Below are positions 12,428 to 25,461 of a stretch of 64,000 nt of DNA, one piece after another. Where the stretch lies: contig ML978128.1 of assembly GCA_010015805.1 (NCBI GenBank), forward strand, positions 1,302,001-1,366,000. Reading direction: 5' to 3'. Numbering within the stretch: position 1 is the first letter of the stretch; each line of letters opens with the position of its first letter. Position numbers and translations under genes: made by a program. The stretch comes from Rhizodiscina lignyota. Lineage: Eukaryota. The notes beneath the pieces are model-generated. The model was given only the letters and a program-made list of their open reading frames with translations. It was not told the origin of the DNA and ran no database searches.

Positions 12428-12927
12428 CTCTTATTTTCGTTGGTGCCTTCCTCCGTCTTCTGCCTCCCCTAGACGGCTGTGATTGAGTGTCTCGTGGCTG
12501 CTTGGTCCATGCGGGTCGCGTCCTTGGGTCTTTAGCTTATTGCGTGGCCTTTCGCGTCCAAGGTGTACGCTGACGTAGGGGGGATATCGAACGGGGAAGG
12601 ATGCGCCGTGCCAGAGACTGTGCAACGAGTGTGAGAGACACTGAGTCTGGATTTGATATACAATCACAACTATTCCCACAATGTACTCGTGACAGCTGAG
12701 GCAGCTGAAATGGCGTTGCGCTTCTTTTGTAGGACGAGTGTCACTTCGGAGGTTGCTCAGAAAAAGCGCGCTAACCAAGTTGTGCCCCCACGGCTCCGAT
12801 AGGATTCACAGGGCACTTGCTGCATGCGGCATCATTCTTTCGTTTCATCAACTAGGCATACAGAATTTGAATCTATTAGTTTTCAAAGGCTGCTCAATGG
12901 ACATTATAACATGCGTGGTTTGCGATC

Positions 12928-15732
12928 ATGCATCTCTGGCAGTACCTGAGCAACTGCTTGCCCCTTCTCCAGCGTGCCGTGTCGTCCGGTTCGGAACTCG
13001 TACTGCAACCGTTCACAGGATATAATTCTCCCCCTATTGCATTTTCACGCTCATGGCAAGTCTTGGGGCCGTTCTCTATTGGCACACGAGGCACGATAAC
13101 ATCTCTCGACTTTCGTCGTCTGTACTTACGTTAATGGCTTTCTAGAAGCCCCGTGGGGTGCAGATCCGCTGGAGTATGAAGGGGGATTCAGGGCGCTCCA
13201 TTACAATCCAGACGCCTGGTTTCGAGGATCTCTAGTCCCTGGAGCCGACGTGCCGTGGACTGTTTTCAATGCCAAGAGCATAAGTCACACCGGCCATGGC
13301 TCGGAAGTCACGCTTCAGATCCAGTTTGGTGAAGTGGACTGGCAGTTCCTGCAAAAGGTGTACGGCTGGTCCGCTCTGCAATACCAGGCGTGGGCCAGGG
13401 GCCATATCGATGTTGCTGGAGATACAGCAGAAGACGTTGTACTCTACACAGAAAGCATCCTAGAGTTCTGGCTTGATGGCGTACCGCATTTTGGAGGAGA
13501 CTTTTACGGCTATCGACGGGCGCCACTTGTCCTCCATTTGGATCCGGGACGTCACCAGCTGGATGTTCGCCTCGTCCGCGATGTTAGAGCTATGGGCGGA
13601 GCTGCTCTGCCTAGTATTGAAGTCCACCTGGAAGTTCGTCGTGCTGCTGAACCGTTGGAGTTCAGCGATTCCGGGCTTCTCATCTCAGACGTCGTTGAAG
13701 GCCGCTTAGCCGGCTCTCTCGGTTCTGCGACGCTCCGCAACAATGGAAAGGCCACATTGGAGATTGTTTCTATACGAGAGCTAAATGTTAGTACTAGGTT
13801 TATGTGCTTGAAGAGTGAGTGCTTATGGATTTCAGGACGCTGCGAAGTTTACTCTCCGCAAGGCTGCGAGGCTTGTCTCTGGCCAGACCAGACCTGTTGC
13901 CTTCGAGGTTGAACTGCAGAAGTCGAAGGTGTCTTCCTTGGACATCGTAATCGAGTATCGAGCAGTTGGTGAAGTAGGTTTCCTCTTCTCGCTCCATACC
14001 TCTGCGAAAGTTCGCCATCGCTCAATATACGAACCTCACATGACCACTTTTCTGCATCCCGGGGGCATTGTATCTTACGCAATGCTCCGGCCACCTGCAT
14101 GGAACGCATCGTGTCCGCAACATATCAGCGATGCCCCAATTCTCTTGCAACTCCATGGCGCTGGAGTAGAAGCCAGTGGTGACATGCTCACCCATTCGTT
14201 GGACGCTGTGCCACCATTGTGCGCATGGACGCTGTTTCCCACAGGTACTACTACTTGGAGCGGTGATGATTGGCATACTTGGGGCTTTGCCGACGTTGAA
14301 GCAGCCATCGAACATATCCCCGCTTGGATGAAGGCGACCGGCTGGAAAGGTGTCGGTGTCGACCCAAGCCGCTGGCTCGTTGCCGGGCATTCGAACGGCG
14401 GCCAAGGGACATGGTATGCACTTACGCATCGTCCAGATAAGATCATTGGGGCCGCGCCAGTATCGGGTTACTCTTCGATCCAGAATTACGTCCCGTATCA
14501 GCTATGGCAAACAGCCGATCCTAGCAAGACGGCTGTGCTGCAAGCTAGTCTGAATAGCTTCCGGCACGAGATGCTAGTGGATAACGCAAAGGGGATCCCT
14601 ATTTTGCAACAGCACGGCGTTTATGATGATAATGTGCCCACGTACCATTCCAGGCTCATGCATGCGTTGCTTTATAGAGCTGGCATTAACACCACGTACT
14701 CCGAAGTTTTCAAGGGACACTGGTTTGATGAGGTGATGGAAACGTATGCACTTCAAGAGTTTTATCGGACTCACCTCCACCGAATTCAGAGTGGCCCTCA
14801 TGTCCTGGCGAATTTCACAGTTGTCGTTGCTAACCCGGCCGACATGGGACCAAAGGAAGGCTTGAGAGTTCTCCATCTTGTGGACCCTGGGCAATATGGT
14901 AGGATTGAGACCTCAACGGAACCTTTGAGGGAGAGCTGCCATTTCAAGACGTCAAATATCATGGCTTTTGAAACCAATATGCGGTACGCAGCATGTCAGG
15001 TCATCAAGATAGATGGGAAAACAATTCCATCTGGTTGGGCGCCTCGATTCTCCAGAGACTACACTGGCGAGTGGAAGGTACGTACATGGCTTCGCCTGTC
15101 ACTTCGCCTGTACTGAGATGCTATAGGGATATCAGCATGCAGATGTAGCTCTGCCTCATGTTCGCAGGAAAGGGCCACAGCTTGGAAACATTGATGCCAT
15201 TCTGAGGACAGTCGGCAAATTTGCTATCTGTCACAGCGGCTCCAATGCATCTAATGTTGCGCTTCAGGTCTCACGAAATCTTGTACAGTACTACGCAGCA
15301 GATGCGGAAATCCTTGAAGAAAACGAACTCGCAGAGGCATTTGGAGGGAGTGAAGGAAATCGTATCTCAATCTTCACAGGAGTGAATGTTCCAGAGCCGG
15401 AGGAGGAAAACTATCCTCTGCAAGTGAATGAAAGAGGAGACGTATGGATTAGAGACGACAGTGGGAACAGGAGGTCATACGGGCAAGAAGAAGCAGGGGC
15501 TGCGATTTTTGTTCGCCCACTTCACTCCGAGAGATTGGAGCTTGTAATTTGGGGAGCCAACGCAGACAGCACAGCTATGGCAGCGAGATTGATGCCAACG
15601 CTCACAGGAGTTGGGCAGCCAGACTTCGTGATATTGAGCAAGAGCTGTAGGTGGAAAGGGGTTGATGGAGTGGTTGCTATGGGCTTCTTCGATGCCCAAT
15701 GGAACGTAACGCGTAGCTCTTTCTTTTCGTAA
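12928..15732 (+). CDS. Alpha/beta-hydrolase, peptidase S9-like C-terminal catalytic domain
   Basis: Four exons (introns about 13091-13145 [GC-AG], 13787-13834 and 15077-15126). Motifs WQVLGPF-GTREAPWGADPLE, LHGAGVE, nucleophile GHSNGG and HG-DDNVP. Confidence 0.8.
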
Positions 15733-16401
15733 TTAAGAGAGGGAAGCGTGTGTTTAGCGCGAGAACGTGCGCACACGTCGTGACTTCATTTCAAGTTGTT
15801 GTTGTGTTGCGGTTAACCCGCCACCTCTATTCCACCTTGCTCTTCGCTCCACTTCACACTTCTTCCACACAACAACCTCTTCTACCCGCCACCAACTCTC
15901 CTCAACTCTCTCCTCTTCTGCTTCTTCTCGCCTTTTTCGACGCCCCTTCCATCCTGCTGGAATGGTGACGTCTTGAAAAGCATCTGCGATCAAAATCACG
16001 CAGTTTTGAAGGAGCACTCTTCACTCGACGCTCATTCAGGCAGCCGCGCCTCACCGCAGATTAGACTCTTGAGTCTGCACTCCACACGCACCTTCCCCAG
16101 TCTCTCTCCCGCAGCGAGATCCTCAGATCCTCCTCCCTCTTCTCCGATCACCTGGCCACCTCTTGTTTTCCTCTCCTCTCATCTGGGCTTTGTCCATTTG
16201 AGTTCCGATCTAAACACCCTCTTGTACCAATTACGCGCTCTCAACTGCGTCAGCACGTCCGCAAACCTCAATTTCGAAGGGGCATAACTCCTCTTCGATC
16301 ACATCTTCCGGCAACCTAGCCGCATTCGCACGCTCCAAGTCTGTATCGAAAAGTTATCGCACAAAACTTCAACCACAGTCCAAAAGAGTCGGAACACCAC
16401 C

Positions 16402-19186
16402 ATGTCTTCCGCATTCTCCAACCACAGTTCTAAGGCGAGCGCTAGCGGTGGCTCTCAGCAGCAGCCGACTACTGCAAGTGTGAGTCGTATGTTCCTTACT
16501 CTGGACATTAATACTTTACAGAGCATGAAGCGTGGAAGCTCCGATCTGGGCGATGGCCCTGCTCGTCCTCCGTTGTCGACATTGACGACATCCAAACACT
16601 TGAATCAAGGACCATCTACCATTGGTCACAGTATGTCATACAAGGTTTGTGCGCTCCACGTCTTCACTTGAAAGTAAGAATGGCTTATGTTAAACGCAGC
16701 AGAAACAGAAAGTTCCCTGTGCCCCACAGCCTTCAGATAACACTATGATCGATGGTCTTCTTGCCAGGCTCGCCGAGCAGCAGGCGTTGATGCAGAAGCA
16801 AAAGCAAGCCCTCGCAGGCCCCGAGCCTGAGGCCTTCCGTACTCGCAAGGAAGTGGATGTGTACTCTAGCAGTTCCGGTCCAGCGCCAGCCAGCGACAAG
16901 TTCGACATCACCACAAGTGGCCCAGCCTCTGACGTCAACGACGGCTCGTCCGGCCGTGTGCCAGACGCCGCTGAGTTCCTGAAGCTCCAGCAGCAACTTG
17001 CTCTGGCCCAGGAGCAGATTGCCAATATGGGACAAGAGTTGAGCCAGCAACGCCACATCGCTAGTACCTTGGAGCATGCCATGGGACCTCCATCTGAGAT
17101 GGACTTCCCGATCCGTGGTGGTGATATCCGTTACGCCGTCCCTGAGATCGCACCACAGACCATCAGCAATCTTCAAGGTGTTGGCAACACAAACTCGCGT
17201 CCTGGAACTGCTCGTCAAGATTCATGGCTCCGCCACGAAGATACTCGCTCTGATGGAAGTGACCCACTCTCCACTGGAGGTAACGCGCGCGGCGCGAATA
17301 TCTGGGCTAATGCGTCCCGTAATACGCATACCCCGGATACTATGACAAGCATTGACCATCAGCTCGGTCTCTCAAGCAATACAACTTGGAATGGAAGCAC
17401 TACTCACCAGTTCCACAACAATCCTCCCGTGCCCTCTGTGGGTCCCGCTCAGCCATTCGCTTTGAATGCATTCAACACTGCAGCTTCTCGATATGGCGCT
17501 GGCCCCCGCGTTGACACAAGCCGTGGCTTCAATGGCTTCAATGGCTTCAACGGTTTCAACGGCTTCAACGGCTTCAACAATGATACCACTCAGTTCCAGG
17601 CATCTGAGTTTGGCATGCGTCGCAACAACCCGCCAAGCCGTCCCAGTTCCGCCTTTGACCCTCGCATGAACGCCATGAATGCGTACGCGGCTAGTCTCCC
17701 ATCCGCCGACATTCGTGGAGTTAGTCCTCCAATAACGCCAATGCCGTTCCAGCCAATGACGGGTAACATGTTCCCGCCGCCAGCACCATACCAGCCACGA
17801 CCGGTTGGCACACGTCTGTCTCCAACTGCCGCAGAGTTCCATGGCGAGCCTGTGGCCAACCCCTGGAACTCTCAGGTGAGATTTGGTTTTATTGGGTTTG
17901 GTAAGCCTTGTGACAAAGCTGATTCGTTCCAGCCATCGAGTGAGCCGACAGTTTCTACTTACATTCCACCAGTTGAGCCTCTGAACTATCGTCGCTTGCT
18001 AGACCGCAATGCTAGCTGCAACTGGGCCTACATCGTCGAGAAGATCACCCACAACAATGACCAGCAGGCATCTATTTTCCTTCAGCAGAAGCTCAAGAGC
18101 ACAACTCCAGACCAGAAGTTCGAGATTGTCGAGGCCATCATCGCAAAGGCATTCCCTCTCATGGTCAACCGTTTCGGCAACTTCTTGGTTCAGCGCTGCT
18201 TCGAACATGGTACGCCTGAGCAAGTCATCTCAATCGCCAATGCGATTCGCGGCAATACTCTTCAGCTCAGTATGGATGCGTTCGGCTGCCACGTCATTCA
18301 GAAGGCCTTCGATGCGGTTCCAGAGGAGTACAAAGCGATCATGGTCCATGAGCTGCTCCGCCGCATCCCAGAGACTGTTGTGCACCGTTATGCTTGCCAC
18401 GTCTGGCAGAAGCTCTTTGAGCTTCGCTGGAGTGATTCGCCTCCCCAGATCATGAAGTACGTCAACGAGTCCTTGAGGGGCATGTGGCATGAAGTTGCTA
18501 TGGGTGAGACTGGAAGCTTGGTGGTCCAGAACATCTTCGAGAACTGCCTTGAGGAAGACAAGGTAAGCTTCATCGGGATCCGTGCTTTTGTTCCAGCGAA
18601 AACTAATTTGCATCAACAGCGTCCCTGCATCGGCGAAGTCCTCGCGAGCATCGATGCCATCTCCCATGGCCAGTTCGGTAACTGGTGCATCCAGCACATT
18701 TGCGAGCATGGCGCTCCCGCTGATCGCAGCCGTGCCATCGACCACATCCTTCGCTGTGCCACAGAATACAGTATGGACCAATACGCCTCCAAGGTCATCG
18801 AGAAGTGCCTCAAGATTGGAGGCAATGACTTCATGGACCGCTACCTGGATCGTGTCTGCGAGGGTCGCCCAGACCGTCCTCGCATGCCGCTTATCGACAT
18901 TGCCGGCGATCAGTTTGGCAACTACCTCATTCAGTGGATTCTCACCAATGCCAATCCTCACCATCGCGAAGCCGTGGCCACTCATGTCCGCAAGCATATG
19001 GTCTCCCTTCGTGGCTCCAAGTACGGCTCTCGCGTCGCGATGCTCTGCTGCAACCCTATGTCGGCGACTCGTCCCGGTCCTCCATCCGGTATGCAACTCA
19101 CCCGCTACAATAGCAATGGCGGCAACAGCGGTAATGGCATGGGCAACATGGGAGGACGCCCGCCATACGGAGGAGCTTATCGCTAA
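16402..19186 (+). CDS. Pumilio/PUF-family RNA-binding protein
   Basis: C-terminal Pumilio repeats (NRFGNFLVQ, DAFGCHVIQ, HRYACHVWQ, GQFGNWCIQ, DQYASKVIE, DQFGNYLIQ) after a low-complexity N-terminus. Short 5' exons start at ATG 16402; in-frame introns 17876-17932 and 18563-18619. Confidence 0.9.
17525..17578 (+). repeat. Coding 9-bp tandem repeat (GGY TTC AAY)x6 encoding (GFN)6
   Basis: ggcttcaat ggcttcaat ggcttcaac ggtttcaac ggcttcaac ggcttcaac read directly. Confidence 0.9.
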
Positions 19187-20169
19187 TTGTATTATCGGCG
19201 ATTAGCACGATGACTACAGTTTCGCATTACACGATCACACGGACATCGACGACTTATGCAGTATTTGTTACCCCTTTCACAGGGTTATCAAGCAAATTTC
19301 TGTCTCCAATATCGGCTTCAAAATTGCGCTTGCACATCGAACATTTGCATCCCCAAAACCAAAACCACCAAAAAAAGACCTTGGCTCGCCTCACTTTGGC
19401 CACTGTCGCATCAGTTGGTCAAGTTTGGCTGGCCGTAGTTGCTCTGCTTGCCTCATCTTCTGTTCTGCTTTTTCTTCAACAACAAGGACCCATCGAAGGC
19501 ATATACCCTGTCATCAAAGTGGCATTTTGAGGGACTTTGTCGCCTTCTACGGATGGTTCTAGCGTGTTGCTCACGCCTTTTGGATTCCTCACATTCGGCA
19601 GCTGGCTCCAACTCACTCGGATCAATCGCTGTCGCAAGTTGGACCGGAGGAAATGTGTCCATATGTGCCAGGTGCAAGCTTGGGTTATCGAGGAAATCCT
19701 TTCTTTTGTTTTACCCCCCATACGATCACTATTGAATTTTACAATCCTCCATTGACTCCATTGCCTATTCCCCATTTCCTTTGTTTTTCCTTTTCTCCAC
19801 ACTCTTTTCTTCGACTCCTACACAGCAGATGACTAGGCAGAGTCAAAAAGTGCTTTTTAGCCACGGCAGTAATGCAGACGAGGAGTGTGGCTTGGATTCT
19901 GTGAAGGCGACTTTTTTGCAGTAGCATATATGCTTGTCGACGAGCGGCAAGTGGACATACAGTTACGAAGAATGTAGCACTCGTTGGCATAAAATGACTC
20001 TGCTCTGATCCAATTATCCTACGTGATGTTCCAACTCCCGCAGCTATGCTGAGCGCGAGCAACAAATTGTATTTGATCGCATTTGCGATTGCCTTATACA
20101 TTGGGATGTCCACCATACGTCCTCGCCGGAACTCAATACCTCGATCTCTCCTACTTCGATATTGTACAC

Positions 20170-20727
20170 TCAGAAGTCTTGTTCCTCTTGGAAGAACATT
20201 GTGAAGCTGATGATCGTGCCGTAGATCAACAAGCCGCCAAAAATCGACATGACCATAGCCTGGAAGACGATGATGCCGCAATGCGCCAGGAGCGCGGGTA
20301 ATGCTGAAGCAATCAACAGTTAGCCTCTCCCAATGGATATATAGTGCGACAGCCGTGACATCGTGTGCCCCCTTCCCTCTGCTGTAGAGACTCACCAATG
20401 CCCATAACCACGAGAAAGCCGGTGAAGAATCGCCCAAAGTCCACAATGCCGTTCCCAGAGCTCTCCATGAAGTCGTCATGGCTGGCGGCGCGGCTGCAGA
20501 TCCAGTTCGGCAGAGGGGCAATGACATATGTTGCGGCAACGAGGAGCGGGAAGTAGTTCTGCCACAGGGCGGAGGAGAGGATGATCAGGAGGAAGCCTAT
20601 GGCGAGGACCTGCACGTTTGAAATCGGGGTTAGTGGCTGGGTGGAGATATGCGTGCCTGAGTGGTGATTGGAAGGGGGCAGTACGTACGAAGGAGAGGGC
20701 GATGATGGTCTTCAGGCCTGCCGTCAT
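20170..20727 (-). CDS. VPS55: Vacuolar protein sorting protein Vps55 (OB-RGRP family)
   Basis: Three exons: MTAGLKTIIALSF / VLAIGFLLIILSSALWQNYFPLLVAATYVIAPLPNWIC...DFGRFFTGFLVVMGI / ...IFGGLLIYGTIISFTMFFQEEQDF*. Confidence 0.92.
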
Positions 20728-21020
20728 GGCGGCGGTGGAGTCTGGCTTGTGTATTTGTGTATGCAGACTCGTTTGGTGGAGTTGGTAGAAGAGCAGTTGC
20801 TCAAGTGACGTCTCGTGCCTCCGGAAGCGCTGGCACCTGAGGCTGAGGCGCAATTGGATCCCTGTCCGCAGCTCTCTTTCGCGCTTTGCCGTAAGAGGGA
20901 ATCGAGCTCGCCGCGTCTTCAACTACAGCCTGACTTTTACAGACGACACTTAACCCCACGACACGCTTTTGAGCCCTTAAAAGCGTATTCAACCTCAGAA
21001 GCTACTTCTCATGCGTCACA

Positions 21021-21924
21021 ATGTTCCGCAATAATTACGACAACGACTCTGTCACTTTGTAAGGCGTCCTCTTCCCCCTTCTTTTCTAATGATTTGAGCT
21101 AATGTGCTTCTTATAGCTCTCCTCAAGGCCGCATCTTCCAGGTTGAATACGCACAAGAAGCAGTCAAGCAAGGATCAGTAGTAGTCGGCATCGTCAGCAA
21201 GAAGTATGCTGTCCTCGCTGCGTTAAAAGTACGTCGACAGCTCACATCAAACACCGCCAAATAGAACTCAATACAACTTCTGGCAGCTCAAGCTAACATG
21301 TCCGCACAGCGAAACGCGGAAGACCTCTCCTCCTACCAAAAGAAGATCATCCCCATCGACACACACTATGGCATCGCGCTCGCCGGCCTCGCCAGCGACG
21401 CCCGCGTCCTCAGCAACTTCATGAAGCAGCAGTCCCTCGCCTCGCGCCTCACCTACGACCGCGCCATCCCGCTCGCCGAGATCACCGCGCGCATCGGCGA
21501 CCGCGCGCAGACCAACACGCAGCACTACGGCAAGCGGCCTTACGGCGTCGGCCTGCTGATCGCGGGCGTCGACGCAAACGGCCCGCATCTGTTCGAGTTC
21601 CAGCCGAGCGGCGTCACGCAGGAGATGCTGGCGTGCGCAATCGGCGCGAGGAGCCAGATGGCACGGACATACCTCGAGCGGAACCTGGATGAGTTTGAGG
21701 GTGCGACGAGGGAGGAGCTGATCAAGCATGCACTGCGGGGGCTGAAGGAGAGTCTGGCGCAGGACAAGGAGCTTACGGTGGACAATACGAGTGTTGGTGT
21801 GGGCGGGATGGACGAGCCGTTCAAGCTCTACGAGGGACAGGAGATAACGAATTGGCTGGAGACGACGTTTGAGAATCGGGAGGGCGGTGCAGAGGGTGGT
21901 GAGAGCATGGAGGTTGACTCGTGA
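21021..21924 (+). CDS. PRE5: 20S proteasome subunit alpha-6 (PSMA1 orthologue)
   Basis: [13 protein letters not shown] / [20 protein letters not shown] / [12 protein letters not shown]...RPYGVGLL...[14 protein letters not shown]; two introns. Confidence 0.96.
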
Positions 21925-22211
21925 TGGAGATGATGGCAGCATGGTGTATGGCACACACGCATCGGAAGGGTCACATAGAGATATCCAGGGCGTTTAGCGT
22001 TTAGCTTGAATGCTGATTTAATCTCATGCCTTTGCGGCGCAGGTATTTAACTGAACTGACAGTATCTGCCCCAAAAGACTCCAGGAGACTCGCTGCTATC
22101 ACAAATATACAAGTACAAAATGCTCCGTGCTCCATTCAACGCCCTGTGCTGTTCTTTACAACTCAGATGTGGTCTTGCCACGCAATGCAAGGTATCTACG
22201 TTCTTGGACGT

Positions 22212-22921
22212 TCAAAGCGCCAAGTTATAGGTATATTCGTCTTCCATATTCTGTGCCACCCAGAGAACAGCAGAACTGCGCTGTGTCAGCATCAAGTCAT
22301 TTCCGACTGGAATATTTGCACATACCTAAGCATTATCATAGCATTTGCAACGACGTTCGCGACGCCGAACCACAGCGTTGGGAAGGGATAGTCCGGAACA
22401 ATGTATTTCAGAACCATGACAGTCTGATTCATTGTCAGTCAGCTGTTCGTCATGCAACCTTCCATATCTTCCGCAGATTGGGGCGACCTACCACACTGCC
22501 CGCAAGTCCTCCAGCCATGAGCGCGAACCCCAGGAACAGCACCAACCTCGCCTTCCAAGCAACGCCATTGCCACTATAGCTGAAGCTGTCCCCGTTCAGA
22601 CGGTTCTTATCGATCGAATTGATCACCAGCATGCCCAGCGCCGAGCAGATGCCGGGTATCCAGTCGACGAAGTTGATGTGGATGGGCGGGTCGGAGCCAT
22701 TCTTGGGGGACTTGCTGAACGCCGCGGCGTCGATGAAGGCGAAGAAGCCGAGGGAGAACTAGAGGTTGTAACACAGTGTTAGCGAGAAAGGATGTGGAAT
22801 GAGAGCACACGAGCTGGGGCCAGCATACGAGAGCGCCGGCAGTGTAGACGCCTGCGGTGCGGGTGTTGGCGCTGTTTAGCCACGCAGGCTTGGGGAAGCG
22901 GAAGAGCCTGTGGCCGGACAT
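22212..22921 (-). CDS. VPS68: Vacuolar protein sorting protein Vps68 (UPF0220/TMEM50 family)
   Basis: Four exons: RTAGVYTAGAL / ...FVDWIPGICSALGMLVINSIDKNRL...ARLVLFLGFALMAGGLAGSV / ... / SAVLWVAQNMEDEYTYNLAL*. Confidence 0.9.
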
Positions 22922-23822
22922 TCTGAGAGTTGGAGACTGCGAAAAGAGCACACAGGAGGTGTGAGGTCTGAATTCGACTTTGACGATGAGATGCCGAGAG
23001 CTCACACGACGCGAGGCTGGCAGCTGCGTCAAAGGCTTGGCGGGCGGCATCACTGGTTGCGATTGCGCTATTCCATTTTAGGAAGAGATATAGATCACCA
23101 AGTCACTTCTCCAAGAGAGTCTTAACGTCTAAGCTCCTCCGACTTGCCTCCATGTTCAAATGATTGGCGGCAGATGCGGATATCCACCGCTCACTTATGC
23201 TTCTGGCCTTCTAGAGGTTCTGTCTCCCATCACGGTCCAATCTCGAAATTAGATGCATTGTATCAAGTGTGGTTTTGCCTGCTCTCTCCTTCATCTCGGT
23301 GCTTTCCTTCGCAACCAGTGGGTAGTTTTACTGTAGGTCATCAATATCATACTACTCTAGTTGTGCCGCGAGCCATGTTAATGAGCTTGGAAGAGGGTAG
23401 TACTTTTGCTGACCCTCTTCCATGTGAATGTTGCTCTCCTTGGACGAAATATCGTTTAAAAAGTGCCATTGTGACATCATTTTCTTGTATCTGTTCAGTC
23501 CATTCTGCATTTTTGGATGCCATCTCTGTCACTGCTTTCTCACAAATACAGATGGAAGCGAATCCTTTCCGTTATCGTTATCGTGAAAGAGATCACATTT
23601 AGTGTTATTTGCAGAGGCAATACAAGCAAGAGAGAGAGAGTATAGATTTCTGATGAGAGAAGCAATTGTACAGCAGATTGTCTCGTCAGATCATGATTTT
23701 TTGGAACTCCAGTGCGGTTGCCGACCGCATCGTCAACCCACGACTTCAACCATGGCCTCAATGTTGTCCGCCGCAGATGCACAGCTCCACATGGATAGCT
23801 TTCTGTGAAAAATCCGCCACCT

Positions 23823-24356
23823 CTACGTACCAGGAGCTCTCTTGCAGGTCGAAATACCGTAGAGCTCGATGTCCTCGCCACTGCCTGTCGTACCAGGGAT
23901 TTGCCAATATAGGCAGCACCAAGCACTGGTCAAGCCCACGGCACAGGTGCCTTCATTGCAGACACCCCTGGGGCAGCTGGGAGAGCCTGAGTCTGGTTAG
24001 CCACGCCATCACGTATCCAATGGGAGCCACAACTTACAGTAGTCTCGAACATCCCAACCGGGCTTCGGAGTCGTCGCGGGAGCCGGGTTATCCTCGTTGA
24101 TGCAGCACCAGAGCGTGTAGGCAAGCGGGCACTTGATGTGCTGCTGGGCAATGCCAGGCGGAGTGAATTCGGGAGGATTGTTGTTAGGATCCAACTGTCT
24201 GGCATAGACGGACGTCGGAGCAAGAATCGGAGATGGACCCGGAGTAATGCTTTGGTTGACGAGCGGGTCGACTACAATGACACCAGGTGCAGCGCCCTCG
24301 GGAAGAGCGAGGCCCAGAGGAGCAAGAGAAGCGAGGAGAAGAAGAAGAAGCTTCAT
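23823..24356 (-). CDS. Small secreted Cys-rich protein, hydrophobin-like (160 aa, 10 Cys)
   Basis: Signal peptide MKLLLLLLASLAPLGLA. A 51-nt intron at 23987-24037 (GTAAGT...GCTAAC...CAG) joins to an exon ending CKRAPGT*. Cys pattern is C-x7-CC-x21-C-x3-C-x4-C-x4-C-x8-CC-x22-C. Confidence 0.8.
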
Positions 24357-25461
24357 GTTTAAGACCTGTTGCTTGTGTGTCTTTGATTGCAGAAGATGAC
24401 TTGCAGGAATGGTCGATGATGTTGTTGTTGTTAGAGGCACAGGATTTGGATTCCGAAGCAGAATGCAGAATCCGAAAATTCCTCGAAGTTGAGCTTCTTT
24501 TATACATTGAAGGACACTTCTAACGCGCCTGGGAACGGAGGTATGCCAATGGTAACCTTGATGCTTTGGAAGGGAAGAAGGTTTGGCATTAAAGCTTCTT
24601 GCGTGAGAATGAGCAATTTTATTGACCTATGCAGCAGCGCCATCGAATCTCAAATTCGCCTGTACGCTGAATCAACATCTATAGCCGATGCTGTGACAGA
24701 TCCGATCTTAGGAGTTGTATCAAAGCCTATTTCTGGCGTTAAGCTTCGTCCCGCTTAGACTTGTTGTGAGCAAGATACCATGTGATGCAAAAACAAGTCA
24801 CTCTCCCGGTTCGTACTGTTCTCATTGAGCTTGAACCAGATGTTCTCCACATGCGAACGCCATACTACATCGATCATTCAAAGTGCTGTTGCGTCATTGT
24901 CACTACTTCAACAGTGCAGTAGCCAGACGCTCATAGTTGGGCCAAATCGACACCATGTCCCGCATCACCGGGTATGACTTGTAGAAGCTGGAGACTAATG
25001 CGCTTGCAGAGAGCCCTGGATCGCTGGCAAATAGATCTTTCGTTGTCCAAGATAGTCATTGTATTTGTCTTGCTGCACGGTGAACGCACGACATAATGTC
25101 TGTTCAGTCTGAATCTGGGGAGATGGGAATCATAATGCCCTTCGTAGATGGCACGTCACTGATTCTCACTCTGCCTTAGGGTTAGCGACGAGTAGGACGT
25201 AGTAAGGCATCGAGAATAATCAAATCCAAGATGCTGACAGAATGTAATAGATTGCTCGTTGCCGACGCGGTCATAGGATTATCTGATCTCTGAAATATGA
25301 ACATATCACCACGAAGCCATACCCCTTCCGTCCTCAAACGCCCAGTACTCTATACAGTTGTCAAAAAGTTTTGTCGTAGCCGTATTACCCGACCAGCGGT
25401 TGCGAGGATAACCGGAGAACTTGATCACCACCGGGGGCACCTGCCGACTCCAGGCTCGACA

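Noticed and set aside
19210..20160. Several 60-110 aa ORFs between the PUF gene and VPS55
   Set aside because: Composition fits 3' UTR or intergenic sequence; no coding bias or motifs.
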